A program made the translations under genes and the position numbers. This document shows positions 1 to 10,514 of a stretch of 64,000 nt of DNA, in pieces (position 1 is the stretch's first letter; each line of letters begins with the position of its first letter). The notes under the pieces are model-generated. The model had not been told where the DNA came from, did not search any database, and was given only the letters and a program-made list of their open reading frames with translations. This stretch comes from an uncultured delta proteobacterium (GTDB lineage Bacteria; Desulfobacterota; Binatia; HRBIN30; BPIQ01): assembly GCA_963761335.1 (NCBI GenBank), contig CAVXGR010000005.1, positions 192,001 through 256,000 of the forward strand, read 5' to 3'.

Positions 1-635
1 CGATCGCGATGGGTCTTGGCGATGATCGACGCCGCCGCGATCGAGAAGTTGATGCCGTCGCCCTTGTTGAAGCAGTTCTGCGGCTGCTCGATCTCGGGAA
101 TGGCGCGGGCGTCGACGAGGACGTGCTGCGGTCGCACCGGCAGCGCCTGCAGGGCGCGCTGCATGGCCAGCAGGGCGGCGCGGTAGATGTTGATCCGATC
201 GATCTCGCCGACGTCGGCGACGCCGACGCCGATTCCCGACGCGGCGGCGCGGATTCTACCCTCCGCCGCGGCGCGCTGCTCCGGGTCGAGGCGTTTGGAA
301 TCGTCGACGCCGGGAACCTCGGTCTGCGGCGGGAAGACCACCGCGGCCGCCACCACCGGCCCGGCGAGCGGCCCCGTTCCCGCCTCGTCGACGCCGGCGA
401 TGTGCTGGATACCGGACTTCCACAGGACCCGTTCGAAGTTGAGCATGGCGTCGAGGCGCAGGCTCTCGGCCCGCTCCCGACCGTGTCGCTTCTTGAGGCT
501 CTCGTAGATCTGCCGCACACCCTGTCGCGGGTCGCGCTTCAGCTTGTTGAGCAGCTGCGGCGTGACCAGATGGTCGGGGCGGGCAAACTTCTCGCGGATC
601 TCCTCGATCGAGAGCTCGGAAAGCGAACGCGCCAT
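1..635 (-). CDS. rnhB: Ribonuclease HII (3' end runs off the window)
   Basis: Hand translation of minus strand from ATG at 635: MARSLSELSIEEIREK...IAGVDEAGTGPLAGPVVAAAVV...DDSKRL...LVDAR...KGDG..SIAAASIIAK; classic RNase HII motifs. Absent from the ORF track because there is no stop in the window. Confidence 0.93.
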   Translation of the reverse strand, partial: MARSLSELSIEEIREKFARPDHLVTPQLLNKLKRDPRQGVRQIYESLKKRHGRERAESLRLDAMLNFERVLWKSGIQHIAGVDEAGTGPLAGPVVAAAVVFPPQTEVPGVDDSKRLDPEQRAAAEGRIRAAASGIGVGVADVGEIDRINIYRAALLAMQRALQALPVRPQHVLVDARAIPEIEQPQNCFNKGDGINFSIAAASIIAKTHRD

Positions 636-689
636 TACGACCGGCAAGCTAGCCAAGAGGGCGCGGCGCGACAAGCTCTGGAGACTTGC

Positions 690-739
690 GTAGAAGCGCC
701 GTCCCGGCGCTTCCGCAAGCGGCGTGACGCCGCTTCTAC
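690..739. repeat. GTAG-type REP-like double hairpin (family A)
   Basis: gtagaagcgccgtcccggcgcttccgcaagcggcgtgacgccgcttctac; related copies at 7032, 23180, 28861, 46814, 50372. Confidence 0.85.
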
Positions 740-805
740 TCAAACGAACGTCGGGGAACCTCTTGACCTACCAATCAGCTATCGATAAGAGTTTTGTAAG
801 TCGTC

Positions 806-1015
806 ATGGAAACCGTTACGCTATCGAGCAAGTATCAGCTGGTGCTCCCTCGCCGCGCTCGCGAGCACCTGAAGATCCGCCCGGGCGCGAAATTCACGGT
901 GTTGAGCAAGGGGGGCGTCATCTTTCTCGTTCCGGAGCGTCCGGTGCGGCGCTACCGCGGTCTCGCCAAGGGAGCCAACCGGGCGAACCTGCGCGAGAAA
1001 GAGGACCGACTCTGA
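806..1015 (+). CDS. vapB: AbrB/MazE/SpoVT-family antitoxin (VapB-like)
   Basis: METVTLSSKYQLVLPRRAREHLKIRPG: swapped-hairpin signature; directly upstream of a PIN toxin. Confidence 0.88.
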   Translation: METVTLSSKYQLVLPRRAREHLKIRPGAKFTVLSKGGVIFLVPERPVRRYRGLAKGANRANLREKEDRL

Positions 1016-1380
1016 TTCTGGTCGATTCCAGCGGGTGGATCGAGTACCTCGCCGATCGGCCGCGGGCGGATCAGTTTGCTCGTTACATCGAAGGCCGCGA
1101 GGCGCTTCTCGTCTCCGTGATTGAGGTCTACGAGGTCTACAAGGTGATTCGCAGGGATCTGTCCGAGGAGCGCGCGATCGAAGCGATCTCGGCTTTGCGG
1201 TGCGCCACCATTGCCCCGGTCGACGAGACCCTGGCTCTCGAAGCCGCAGACCTCTCTCTCCGGCACGGTCTGGCGATGGCGGACTCGATCGTCTACGCGA
1301 CCGCACGGCGGCACGACGCCAGGATCGTGACCGGCGACACCGACTTCGAGGGTCTTCCCGGCGCCATCGTCATCCGCTGA
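1012..1380 (+). CDS. vapC: VapC-family PIN-domain toxin, probable CTG start
   Basis: (M)ILVDSSGWIEY...SVIEVYEV...LAMADSIVYATA...IVTGDTDF acidic PIN motifs; CTG at 1012 overlaps the antitoxin TGA, with GAGG 7 nt upstream. Confidence 0.88.
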   Translation: MILVDSSGWIEYLADRPRADQFARYIEGREALLVSVIEVYEVYKVIRRDLSEERAIEAISALRCATIAPVDETLALEAADLSLRHGLAMADSIVYATARRHDARIVTGDTDFEGLPGAIVIR

Positions 1381-1481
1381 TCGGTGCGCCAGTCGAGCAT
1401 TCGGCAGACAGAAAAGTAGCTTACTTCTGCGAGGTAGTTCGTATCCAGCGGCGCGGGGTACTCCCCTCGAGACGGCAGCCC

Positions 1482-1751
1482 TCAAGTGCGGAAGAAGAGC
1501 GCCACCAGGATCGTGCTCCAGAGAACGACGTTGATGCCGGTGGCCCACTGGAAGTTCCTGTCGATCTTCTGGTCAAGAGCATTGATGCGGGCACTCAGCT
1601 CCCCGCAAAAGCCATCGATCTTCTCATCGAGCGCGTTGAGCCGCCTGTCGACTGCCTCCAAGCGGCGATCGATGCCGTCGAAGCGCGCATCAAAGCTTTC
1701 CGTCCTGCCTTCCAGACGAGCAACCCTTTCTTCGAGAGCAGTCTCAGCCAT
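1482..1751 (-). CDS. Small coiled-coil protein with C-terminal TM helix (DUF1640/CCDC90-like)
   Basis: Heptad repeats (RFDGIDRRLEAVDRRLNALDEKID), hydrophobic C-terminus, AAGGAG RBS. Confidence 0.7.
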   Translation of the reverse strand: MAETALEERVARLEGRTESFDARFDGIDRRLEAVDRRLNALDEKIDGFCGELSARINALDQKIDRNFQWATGINVVLWSTILVALFFRT

Positions 1752-1921
1752 CCATAGCTCCTTTTTCCTATTTCGCGGCCCTCCGCGGCCGACCAGTGAA
1801 ATTATGTCCTGAATGCGAATGCAGTGCCAGAACCTGCCTCGACAAACCTGCCTCCGCTTGCTTGACGACCACCTCTGCCCCGCCGTATACCATCTGCGCC
1901 CTGAGCCGCAGGCGCGGGAAA

Positions 1922-4900
1922 ATGTCGATTCGTCGATCTCCAGTCGCCGCGTTGCTGTTGAGCGCGGCCGTTCTCGCGGCTATTTCAGACGCCGCGACCC
2001 TCGACACGCACACGGTGAAGCTCGATGGGTCGAGCAAGATCGTTCCGTGGACCACGGATCCGGCTGACGGCTACGATCGCGTCGTCGGTCTGAGCTGGGG
2101 TCTGCTGAAGAACGACATTCCGATCGACCCCGCCAACGGCCTCCCCGTCTTCTACACCCACAGCGAGTACGACCCCGACAATCTCTCCGGCTCCGGCTGG
2201 CCGAACAACGCCGCCGGCAAGAACGCCATGCTGGCCGACTCGGCGGCGCTCGACTACGCCTACTCGGGAGACGAGGGCGTCGTCGATCTGGTGCGCGGCC
2301 TCCTCGATCACCAGCTCGACCATGGCACCACGCCGGCCGGGTACGCCTGGGCGAAGGTTCCGTGGTCGACAGCCGCGGCGGGCTCAATCAGCTACGGCGA
2401 CGACGCCCTGCGAGAAGGGGCGGGAATCCTCGAGCCCGACAAGGTCGGCGAGCTCGGCTACCACGGCTACCTTCGTTTCTACGAGATCACCGGCGACACG
2501 CGCTATCGCGACGCCGCCATCGCCTGCGCCGATGCGCTCGCGGCCAACATCCGGCCCACCGGCGACTACAGCGACTCGGTATCGCCGTGGCCGTTCCGCG
2601 TCGTCGCCCAGAGCGGCGCGATCGCCAACGGCGAGGAGCTCTGCGGCGACGCGATCGCGCCGATCCGCCTCTTCGACGAGCTGATCCGTCTCGGTCTCGG
2701 CAACACCGCGGCCTATACGTCGGCGCGCGCCGACGCCTGGTCCTGGCTGGTGAGCTACGGCCTGCCCGACAACGCCTGGGCGAACTACTTCGAGGACGTG
2801 GAGCCGATCGTCGGGACCGGCAACGTCAATCAGTACAACGCCGGGCAGACGGCGCGGTACCTGCTCGAGCATCCCGAGCTCGATCCCGACTGGCAGGCGC
2901 ACGCGGCCGGCATCATCGCCTGGATCGAGGCGACCTTCGGCGGCGTCGGCAGCGGTGGCGAGTCCGGCCTTCAGTACGGCGCCCGAGTGATCTCCGAGCA
3001 GGTGGCCTACCCCTACAAGATGGCCAGCCACACCTCGCGTTTTGCGGCGATCAACGCCCTCTACTACGCGCGCACCGGCGACGCCGCGGCCAAGGAGAAG
3101 GCGTACCGATCGCTCAACTGGGCGACCTACATGTGCCGCGACAACGGCGTCGTCATCGAAGGTCCGGCGGAGTTCGCCGCCAATTCCCCCTGCTGGTTCT
3201 CCGACGGCCACGGCGACTACATCCGCCACTTCCTGCTGGCGATGGGAGCCGTGCCCGAGTGGGCGCCGGTGGGTGAGAGTCATCTCGTGCAATCGACCAG
3301 CGCGGTGCGCTCGGTGGTCTATGCTCCGAGCGGCGACGCGGTCGCCTACTCCACCTTCGATCCAGCCTCTGCGGAGACTCTCCGCCTCGGCTTCGTGCCC
3401 GCTTCCGTCTACGCGGGCGGTGTGGCGCTCGCCGAGCGCGCCGATCTCGCCGCCGAGGGCTGGGTATACGACGGCGCCGCCGGCGTCCTTCGCGTTCGCC
3501 ACGACCTCGCCGGCGACGTGCACATCAGCGGCGGCGCGCCTGGAAACATTCCGCCGGTGGTGGAGCTCACCTCGCCGCTGGACGCCGCCGAGTACGAAGC
3601 TCCGGCATCGGTGACCCTTTCCGCCACTGCAACGGATACGGACGGGACGGTCGCGAGCGTGGACTTCTACGACGGGACGACTCTCGTCGGCAGCGCCAAC
3701 GCCGCACCGTTCACCGTCGCCTGGACGAACGTCGCGCCGGGTAGCTACACGGTCCGCGCCTATGCCAGGGACGACGGCGGCGCCGTGGTGGCCAGTGGCG
3801 CTGCGCACATCACCGTCACGGCACCGCTCAACTTGCCGTCTCCCTGGCAAGACGCGGATATCGGCGACGTCGCCGCGGCAGGCTCGGCGAATGAGTACGG
3901 CGGAACCTTCACAGTCACCGGCAGTGGCGCGGACATCTGGAATCAGGCGGACGAGTTTCACTTCGTCTACCAGATGGTGAGCGGGGACTTCGAGCTCTCG
4001 GCCCGCGTCGTGAGCCTCGACGATACCGGTCCGTGGGCGATGGCCGGCGTGATGGTTCGCGACGGACTGACGCCGGGCGCCCGACACGGCATCGCCAGCA
4101 TGACGCGCTCCCAGGGTTGGTCGTTCACCTGGCGCGAGCAGCAGGGCGGGTCGAGCTCGTACACCGACGGCGGCCCAGGAGCGACACCGGCCTGGGTGAA
4201 GCTGCGCCGTGTCGGCGACGAGCTGACCGCGTTCCGCTCGGGCGACGGGGTGTCGTGGACGGCGTTTGCCTCGGCCACGGTTTCGCTCCCCACCGACGTC
4301 TACATCGGCCTGGCGGTCTCGGCCGTGAACGACGGCGCGCTGTGCACCGCCGTCTTCGACAACGTCGTCATCGGCCCTCCGAGTGGGGGCGCGATTCCCG
4401 ACGTCAGCATCGACCCGACGATCACCTATCAGACCATCGACGGCTTCGGCGTGAACGCCAATCACCGCAGCTGGAACGGCGGCGAGCTCCAGCCGGCGTT
4501 GGACCGGTTGATCGACGAAGCGGGCTTCACCCTCTTCCGCCTGGTATTCGACAACAGCGACTGGGAAGAGGTGAACGACAACGCCGATCCGGCGGTGATG
4601 AACCGGGCCTACTACGATTCCGTGTACAGCTCGGCGCGCTTCGAGCCGTTGTGGCAGGAGGCGGCGTATCTGAACAGCCGCGGCATCACCGACGGCTTGA
4701 TCTTCAACTTCATGGGGCCCGGGCCCGATTGGCTCGGCGGCCAGACCCTCGATCCCGGGATGGAAGACGAGTGGGCGGAGATGATCACCTCGCTGCTCCT
4801 CTACGCGCGCAACACGCGCGGTATCCAGTTCCACCTGGTGGCGCCGGACAACGAGCCCGACATCTTCCAGGAAGGAATACACACGGCCGACGCCGCTCAG

Positions 4901-6256
4901 TACGCGGCGGCCCTGCACGCCCTGGCGCTGCGCCTCGACGCCGAGGGGCTCGGAGACGTTCGCTTCGTCGCGCCCGACCGAGCCGGAGGGGGGACCGGCT
5001 ACATCCCCGAGCTGCTTGCGGATCCGGTGGTGATGGCCAAGCTCGCTCATTTCGGCCTGCACAGCTACTCGGCCGGAGGCGGAGGCAGTGACGGCGTCGC
5101 CGCGGCGATTGCCTCATCGTCCTACCCGGACCGCACCTTCTGGATGACGGAGTTCAACGTCTGGTGCCCGACCTGCGACGGCGGGGTCCCGGGGACCTAT
5201 GACTGGGACTACACGCGCGGCACGGTCGAGTACCTCCTCGATCACATCGAGAACGGGGCGTCAGCGGGCATCGTGTGGGAGGGATACGACAGCTCCTACG
5301 CCCACCACTCGGCGCCGTGGAGCTTCTGGGGTCTGCTGCAGGTGGACAACGTCAACGCCGCCGTCAAGACCTACTCGCCGCGGAAGAACTTCTACACCGT
5401 GGCGCAGGTCAGCCGCTTCGTCACCACCGGCGATGTTCGCATCGAGGCGACCACGACAGTGCCGGGCTTGCGTCTGTTCGCTTTCACCCGTCCCTCGACC
5501 GGCGGTGTGGCGATCGTCGGCCTGAACCAGAACCCCGGCGCCAAGGCGATCACCGTGGATGTGTCGGCGCTGCCGAACGTCACCCAGCTCCAGCTCGTGC
5601 AGACGACGTCGAGTCTCAACCTGGACTACGGTTCGGCGCTGCCGGCGAGTGACGGCCAGGTCACCGTCGAGGTCGCCGGAGACAGCGTCTTCACGCTGAC
5701 CTCGGAGCCCATCGGCACGGCGGCGGCGTGTCCGGCAACGCCCGCATCGTGCCGCACCGCCGCGGTTTCCCGCCTGACGATCCGCAACGATACCCGCGAC
5801 GAGCGCGATCGCATCGCCTGGAGATGGATCAAGGGCGACGCGACTGCGCCGGAAGAGCTCGGCGATCCGCTGACGACCGACGCCTACGACGTGTGCGTGT
5901 ACGACGCCGGCTCGCTGCTGATGGGGATGGTCGCGCCGGCCGGTGGAAGCTGCGGAGGTTCGGTCGGTCATCCCAAGCCGTGTTGGAAGGCGACCCGGAA
6001 GGGCTACGTCTACAGCGACAAGTTTCTCACCCCGAACGGCGTGCGAAAGGTGAAGCTCAACGGCGGCGACGCCGGTCATGCGACGGCGGTGGTGAGCGCC
6101 AAGGGAGCCAATCTCCAGGTCCCGGACCTGACGGCGATCACCGGCCCATTGGACGTGCAGCTGCGCCGGCACGACGGCGGCGTCTGTCTCGGGGCGACTT
6201 TTGCCGCGCCGTTTCAGAAGCAGGACGCGAGGAGGCTCTCGGCGCGCTCGAACTGA
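1922..6256 (+). CDS. Large secreted multidomain glycoside hydrolase: N-terminal catalytic-like domain, Ig-like domain, ConA/DUF1349-like domain, GH30-like TIM barrel, Cys-containing C-terminal domain
   Basis: Signal peptide; NIPPVVELTSP..ATDTDGTVASVDFY (Ig-like); GADIWNQADEFHFVYQ (ConA-like); YQTIDGFG, DNEPD and FWMTE (clan GH-A/GH30 catalytic Glu motifs). Confidence 0.8.
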   Translation: MSIRRSPVAALLLSAAVLAAISDAATLDTHTVKLDGSSKIVPWTTDPADGYDRVVGLSWGLLKNDIPIDPANGLPVFYTHSEYDPDNLSGSGWPNNAAGKNAMLADSAALDYAYSGDEGVVDLVRGLLDHQLDHGTTPAGYAWAKVPWSTAAAGSISYGDDALREGAGILEPDKVGELGYHGYLRFYEITGDTRYRDAAIACADALAANIRPTGDYSDSVSPWPFRVVAQSGAIANGEELCGDAIAPIRLFDELIRLGLGNTAAYTSARADAWSWLVSYGLPDNAWANYFEDVEPIVGTGNVNQYNAGQTARYLLEHPELDPDWQAHAAGIIAWIEATFGGVGSGGESGLQYGARVISEQVAYPYKMASHTSRFAAINALYYARTGDAAAKEKAYRSLNWATYMCRDNGVVIEGPAEFAANSPCWFSDGHGDYIRHFLLAMGAVPEWAPVGESHLVQSTSAVRSVVYAPSGDAVAYSTFDPASAETLRLGFVPASVYAGGVALAERADLAAEGWVYDGAAGVLRVRHDLAGDVHISGGAPGNIPPVVELTSPLDAAEYEAPASVTLSATATDTDGTVASVDFYDGTTLVGSANAAPFTVAWTNVAPGSYTVRAYARDDGGAVVASGAAHITVTAPLNLPSPWQDADIGDVAAAGSANEYGGTFTVTGSGADIWNQADEFHFVYQMVSGDFELSARVVSLDDTGPWAMAGVMVRDGLTPGARHGIASMTRSQGWSFTWREQQGGSSSYTDGGPGATPAWVKLRRVGDELTAFRSGDGVSWTAFASATVSLPTDVYIGLAVSAVNDGALCTAVFDNVVIGPPSGGAIPDVSIDPTITYQTIDGFGVNANHRSWNGGELQPALDRLIDEAGFTLFRLVFDNSDWEEVNDNADPAVMNRAYYDSVYSSARFEPLWQEAAYLNSRGITDGLIFNFMGPGPDWLGGQTLDPGMEDEWAEMITSLLLYARNTRGIQFHLVAPDNEPDIFQEGIHTADAAQYAAALHALALRLDAEGLGDVRFVAPDRAGGGTGYIPELLADPVVMAKLAHFGLHSYSAGGGGSDGVAAAIASSSYPDRTFWMTEFNVWCPTCDGGVPGTYDWDYTRGTVEYLLDHIENGASAGIVWEGYDSSYAHHSAPWSFWGLLQVDNVNAAVKTYSPRKNFYTVAQVSRFVTTGDVRIEATTTVPGLRLFAFTRPSTGGVAIVGLNQNPGAKAITVDVSALPNVTQLQLVQTTSSLNLDYGSALPASDGQVTVEVAGDSVFTLTSEPIGTAAACPATPASCRTAAVSRLTIRNDTRDERDRIAWRWIKGDATAPEELGDPLTTDAYDVCVYDAGSLLMGMVAPAGGSCGGSVGHPKPCWKATRKGYVYSDKFLTPNGVRKVKLNGGDAGHATAVVSAKGANLQVPDLTAITGPLDVQLRRHDGGVCLGATFAAPFQKQDARRLSARSN

Positions 6257-6276
6257 CCGGAGTAGGGGACGGGCTC

Positions 6277-6302
6277 CTGGGAGCGCGGCCGTCCCGGCCG
6301 CA
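6277..6302. repeat. Short palindromic REP-like element (family B)
   Basis: ctgggagcgcggccgtcccggccgca; also 8733-8758, 34464-34489 (reverse) and 48865-48889. Confidence 0.75.
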
Positions 6303-6365
6303 GTTGGGTATCAGGGAGCAGAGGCGGCCAAGATGGCCGCGCTCCCCGGAGGCGAAATCAGATCC

Positions 6366-7002
6366 ATGCGAGTCCACGAGCGACTGTTCATTGGCGGCGA
6401 CTGGGTGGAGGCGGCGGGTACGGCGGCGATCGAGGTGATCTCGCCGCACACGAAAGAGGTGATTGCGCGCGTGCCGGATGGCTGCGAGGCGGACTTCGAT
6501 CGGGCCGTCGGCGCGGCACGCGAGGCGTTCGATGACGGCGAGTGGCCGCGGATGCCGGCGGCACAGCGGGCCGACTTCATGGCCAAACTGCTGAGCCTGC
6601 TGCAGGAGCGCTCTGCGGAGCTGGCGACCACCATCACCAGCGAGATGGGATCTCCGATCTCCTTCTCGCACCTCGGGCAGGTCATGGCGTCGAGCATGGT
6701 GCTCGACTACTACGTCGGGCTCGCCCGGGACTGGCGGTGATTCCCTACGATGACGTCGAAGACGCGATTCGCATCGGCAACGATTCGGACTATGGGCTCT
6801 CCGGATCGGTGTGGTCGAGTGACGTCGAGGCCGGCCTCGACATCGCGCGGCGCATTCGCACCGGCACGTACACGGTCAACGGGTTCGCCATGGAGCTCGG
6901 CGCGCCGTTCGGCGGCTTCAAGAGCTCCGGCCTCGGGCGCGAGCTCGGCCCGGAGGGCCTGGCGGCCTATCTGGAGCCGAAGCAGATCAATCTGCCGATG
7001 GG
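6366..7002 (+). pseudogene. Aldehyde dehydrogenase with large internal deletion and frameshift
   Basis: N-terminus (LFIGGDWV..EVISPHT..ITSEMG) stops at 6740; C-terminus (VIPYDDVEDAIRIGNDSDYGLS..PFGGFKSSGLGRELG) follows immediately in another frame; NAD-binding and catalytic Cys region missing. Confidence 0.85.
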
Positions 7003-7031
7003 ACGACGTGCGGCCGCGGCGCTGACGCAGA

Positions 7032-7082
7032 GTAGAAGCGGCGTCCCGGGGCTTTTCCGAAGCGGCGAGACGCCGCTTCTAC
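7032..7082. repeat. REP-like family A copy between convergent ALDH genes
   Basis: gtagaagcggcgtc...gacgccgcttctac palindrome. Confidence 0.8.
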
Positions 7083-7115
7083 CCTGTTCGCGTGCCGGTA
7101 CTCGTCTTTCGCTCT

Positions 7116-8645
7116 TCAGGTGCGCGGCCCGAGGTTGACCCAGACGCTCTTGATCTGCGTGTAGAGATCCAGCGCCGCCTTTCCCATCTCGCGGCCGAAG
7201 CCACTCTGCTTGTAGCCGCCGAACGGCGAGGCGGCGTCGAAGACGTTGTAGCAGTTGATCCACACGGTGCCCGCCTTGAGCGTCTCCGCCATGCGGTGCG
7301 CCTTCTGGATGTCTCGTGTCCACACGGCGGCGGCCAAGCCGTACGTGGTGTCGTTTCCCGCAGCCGCGACCTCCTCGACGTCCTTGAAGGGAATGGCGCA
7401 GACGACCGGTCCGAAGATCTCCTCGCGGGTGATCTTCATGTCCGCACTCACGTCGGTGAACACCGTCGGCTGCACGAAGTAGCCCTTGCGCAGATTCTTG
7501 GGACGGCCGCCGCCGGCTGCGGCCCGGGCGCCCTCCTTCTGCCCGGCGGCCAGGTAGCCGGTCACCCGTTCGTATTGCTCGCTCGACACCAGAGGACCCA
7601 TCTCGGTCGACGGGTCCATGCCGGGGCCGAGCTTGATCTTCTCGGAGAACTCGACCAGACGCGGCATGAGCTTGTCGTACGCCTTCTGCTCGATGAACAG
7701 GCGCGAGCCGGCGCAGCAGCACTGACCGTGATTGAAGAAGATCGCCGAGGCGGCGCCGACGGCGGCCTCGTCGAGATCGGCGTCGGCGAAGACGATGTTC
7801 GGCGACTTGCCACCGAGCTCCAGGGAGACCCGCTTCAGGTTGCCTGCGGCCGCCTTCATGATCAGCCGGCCGACCTCGGTCGAGCCAGTGAAGGCGACCT
7901 TGTCGAGGTCCGGATGCGCGGCGATTGCGGCGCCCGCGGTCTCGCCCATGCCGGTGACGATGTTGACCACGCCGGGCGGAATCCCGGCCTCGTCGAGGAG
8001 CTCGCCGAGACGCAGTGCGGAGAGCGGCGTCTGCTCGGCGGGCTTCAGCACCACCGTGTTGCCGCACGCCAGTGCCGCTCCCAGCTTCCACGCCGCCATC
8101 AGCAGGGGAAAGTTCCAGGGGATGATCTGGCCGACCACGCCGACCGGCTCGCGCAAGGAGTAGTTGAGGAAGCGCTGGCCGGGAATGGAGACGGGGATCG
8201 TCTCGCCCTCGACCTTGGTTGCCCAGCCGGCGTAGTAGCGGAAGTGGTCGACGACCAGCGGGATGTCGGCGACCCGGGCGACGGTCAGGGGCTTGCCGTT
8301 GTCGAGGGTCTCGAGCTGCGCGAACTCCTCGCTGTGCGCCTCGATGAGATCGGCGAGCTTCCAGATCGCACGGCCGCGATCGGAGGGTGTCATGCGGCGC
8401 CACGGACCGGTCTCGAAGGCGCGGCGCGCGGCGCGCACGGCGCGGTCGACGTCTTCCTTGTCCCCTGCCGGGACCTCCGCCAGCGGCTCCTCGGTTGCCG
8501 GGTCGTAGGTGATGAAGGTCTTGCCGGACGCCGCTTCGACCCACTTTCCGTCGATCAGCATGCGCCGGGCGCGTCCACTCACGAACTGCTGCACCCCGGG
8601 ATCGATACTGGCGCCGTATGCCGACTGCGCGCTCGCTTGCTCCAT
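7116..8645 (-). CDS. NAD(P)-dependent aldehyde dehydrogenase
   Basis: [62 protein letters not shown] before ATG 8645. Confidence 0.95.
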   Translation of the reverse strand: MEQASAQSAYGASIDPGVQQFVSGRARRMLIDGKWVEAASGKTFITYDPATEEPLAEVPAGDKEDVDRAVRAARRAFETGPWRRMTPSDRGRAIWKLADLIEAHSEEFAQLETLDNGKPLTVARVADIPLVVDHFRYYAGWATKVEGETIPVSIPGQRFLNYSLREPVGVVGQIIPWNFPLLMAAWKLGAALACGNTVVLKPAEQTPLSALRLGELLDEAGIPPGVVNIVTGMGETAGAAIAAHPDLDKVAFTGSTEVGRLIMKAAAGNLKRVSLELGGKSPNIVFADADLDEAAVGAASAIFFNHGQCCCAGSRLFIEQKAYDKLMPRLVEFSEKIKLGPGMDPSTEMGPLVSSEQYERVTGYLAAGQKEGARAAAGGGRPKNLRKGYFVQPTVFTDVSADMKITREEIFGPVVCAIPFKDVEEVAAAGNDTTYGLAAAVWTRDIQKAHRMAETLKAGTVWINCYNVFDAASPFGGYKQSGFGREMGKAALDLYTQIKSVWVNLGPRT

Positions 8646-8867
8646 GGGAAGTCCTCCTTTGGCCGCGTTCGAGATCGTGACAGAGGCTGGATGTGCAAAG
8701 ATGTCTATTCTCCTGCGAAGCCGAGTGCAACGCTGGGAGCGCGGCCGTCCCGGCCGCAAGTGGCAGTTGGATGCTTTTGAATGCTTACCGAGGAGGTGGC
8801 CAAAATCTCGCCTTGACTGAGGTGAATGTCCGGGAGGACAATTGTTTCAATTGCAAAGGGGGGAGTC

Positions 8868-9653
8868 ATGAACCTTTTCGGAAGCGGGACGTTTCGGAGG
8901 GTGAGGTGGGCGCGGCGAGTCGGGGTCGCGGCGACCGCGGTGGCGCTGCTCGCACCGGTGGTCGGCACGGCGGCGACCAAGTGCAAGGCGAAGGTCGACC
9001 CGACGGATGGAACCATCAACGTCATTGCCAAGACCGTCGTCGGCACGCTCAAGTGGGGAAGCACTTCCGGCAATGCCACGCAGACTTTCGTCAATGGCGG
9101 TACCTGCGTCGCCAATGGCAAGGCCAAAAAATGCCAGATGGGTACCCCGGGCTCGCCCGCAGCGATCACGCCGCCGGAGCTCTGCCGGCTGTACCTGAAG
9201 GACGACGGCAGCGACCCCGAGTGCAGCGGCTACATCAAGGGGTGCACGCCCGGGCCGCGCAGCGCCGCGCCGGCGCTGGTCCTGAAGGACAGCAGCGACG
9301 TCACCATCGGCCGACTGCTCACCGAGCAACTGGTCGTCGTCGATATCGGCACACAGCTTCTCGGCCTGGCGGTGGCAGGGTACGGGTTCACCACGGGGCC
9401 GTCGATCTATTACACGGGCGCAGGTTGTACTGGGGATGCTTTCATGTTCGAGGACGGACCGCTGCAGATGGCCAGCGTGATCGGCGGAACCGCCTATTAT
9501 CCGGAGGGCGCGACCGAGGTTGTGAACTGGGTCTCCTACGGCGACAGCTCCGGGTGCTACTCGTCCATCCCCGACACCTACAACATGGTGCCCGTCGCCA
9601 CCCTGGATGTGAGCTCCTACGTCCCGCCCTTTCACGCCGCCTACGAGCCGTGA
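8868..9653 (+). CDS. Secreted Cys-containing hypothetical protein
   Basis: GGGAG RBS, basic plus hydrophobic signal region, spaced Cys, coding-like composition. Confidence 0.7.
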   Translation: MNLFGSGTFRRVRWARRVGVAATAVALLAPVVGTAATKCKAKVDPTDGTINVIAKTVVGTLKWGSTSGNATQTFVNGGTCVANGKAKKCQMGTPGSPAAITPPELCRLYLKDDGSDPECSGYIKGCTPGPRSAAPALVLKDSSDVTIGRLLTEQLVVVDIGTQLLGLAVAGYGFTTGPSIYYTGAGCTGDAFMFEDGPLQMASVIGGTAYYPEGATEVVNWVSYGDSSGCYSSIPDTYNMVPVATLDVSSYVPPFHAAYEP

Positions 9654-9674
9654 GGTCGGCCGTATCGCCGAAGC

Positions 9675-10514
9675 CTACGGGCGGCCGAGGATGAGCTGGC
9701 GCGCGTAATTGCGCAGCGCCCGGAGGCGAAGGGCACGCGGCTCGCGCAAGGCGCCGGGCTTCACCGGGTGATACAGCTTGTTCCGGCGCCAGCCGGCCGC
9801 AGCGCGGGCCGGTCGGTAACGCACGGTACCGAACCCGCCGACGCCGAAGCTGCGGCTGGTGTAGAAGCGATTCTTCCCGCCCGGCAGCGCGAAGGGGCTG
9901 TTGCCGCCGAAATCCAGCAGGGCATAGCCACCGTGGTGCAGCAACGTCGGGAGAGTCACCTCCGAGTGGCCGCGCCAGCCGTCGATAAACGACTCGTGCA
10001 GGAAGCGCAGGGCGCGGTTCGAGATTCGATAGATCACGTTGAAGGAGCGCCACCACTCGTTGCGCGGTATGGCGAGATGGGGATGGTGCAAGCTGTCCCA
10101 CCAGTACCAGCGAGGCTCATCGGCGAATCGGCGCAGGTGACAGGTGATCAGGTCGTGGGGGTGGGGCGCAAATGCGCTGAGCAGCGCTTCCCATGCCCCG
10201 GTGTAGCGGACGTCGTACTCGACGACCCAGTAATGATCGTGCTCTGGATGCGCCAGGAAGAAGTCCAGGACCGGGAAGTGGCAGTGTGTCATCAGGCCCT
10301 GACCGGGAAGCCGCGCGTAGCCCCGCCCGAACAAGGCGCTCTCGTCGAAGACGTGGCACCGGTAGCGTGCGGCCAGCGCCGCGGCGCCGGGCGTCTGCGC
10401 GTCGAGCAGCAGCCAGACCTCGGGCATGCCCGGGCCGTCGATGCGGTAGAGCTTTTCGAACTCGGCTTGCAGATCCGCATTCCAGACGTGCGTCATCCAG
10501 AGCAGCGCGCTCAT
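9675..10514 (-). CDS. DUF3405-like putative glycosyltransferase
   Basis: HYWVVEYDVRYTG motif and terminal KLYHPVK; start overlaps the stop of the upstream FAD enzyme (ATGA). Confidence 0.6.
   Translation of the reverse strand: MSALLWMTHVWNADLQAEFEKLYRIDGPGMPEVWLLLDAQTPGAAALAARYRCHVFDESALFGRGYARLPGQGLMTHCHFPVLDFFLAHPEHDHYWVVEYDVRYTGAWEALLSAFAPHPHDLITCHLRRFADEPRWYWWDSLHHPHLAIPRNEWWRSFNVIYRISNRALRFLHESFIDGWRGHSEVTLPTLLHHGGYALLDFGGNSPFALPGGKNRFYTSRSFGVGGFGTVRYRPARAAAGWRRNKLYHPVKPGALREPRALRLRALRNYARQLILGRP

Noticed and set aside
9..788. 259-aa plus-strand ORF
   Set aside because: Antisense to a clear rnhB.
6720..6750. Programmed frameshift restoring the ALDH
   Set aside because: The catalytic core is physically absent and there is no slippery site.
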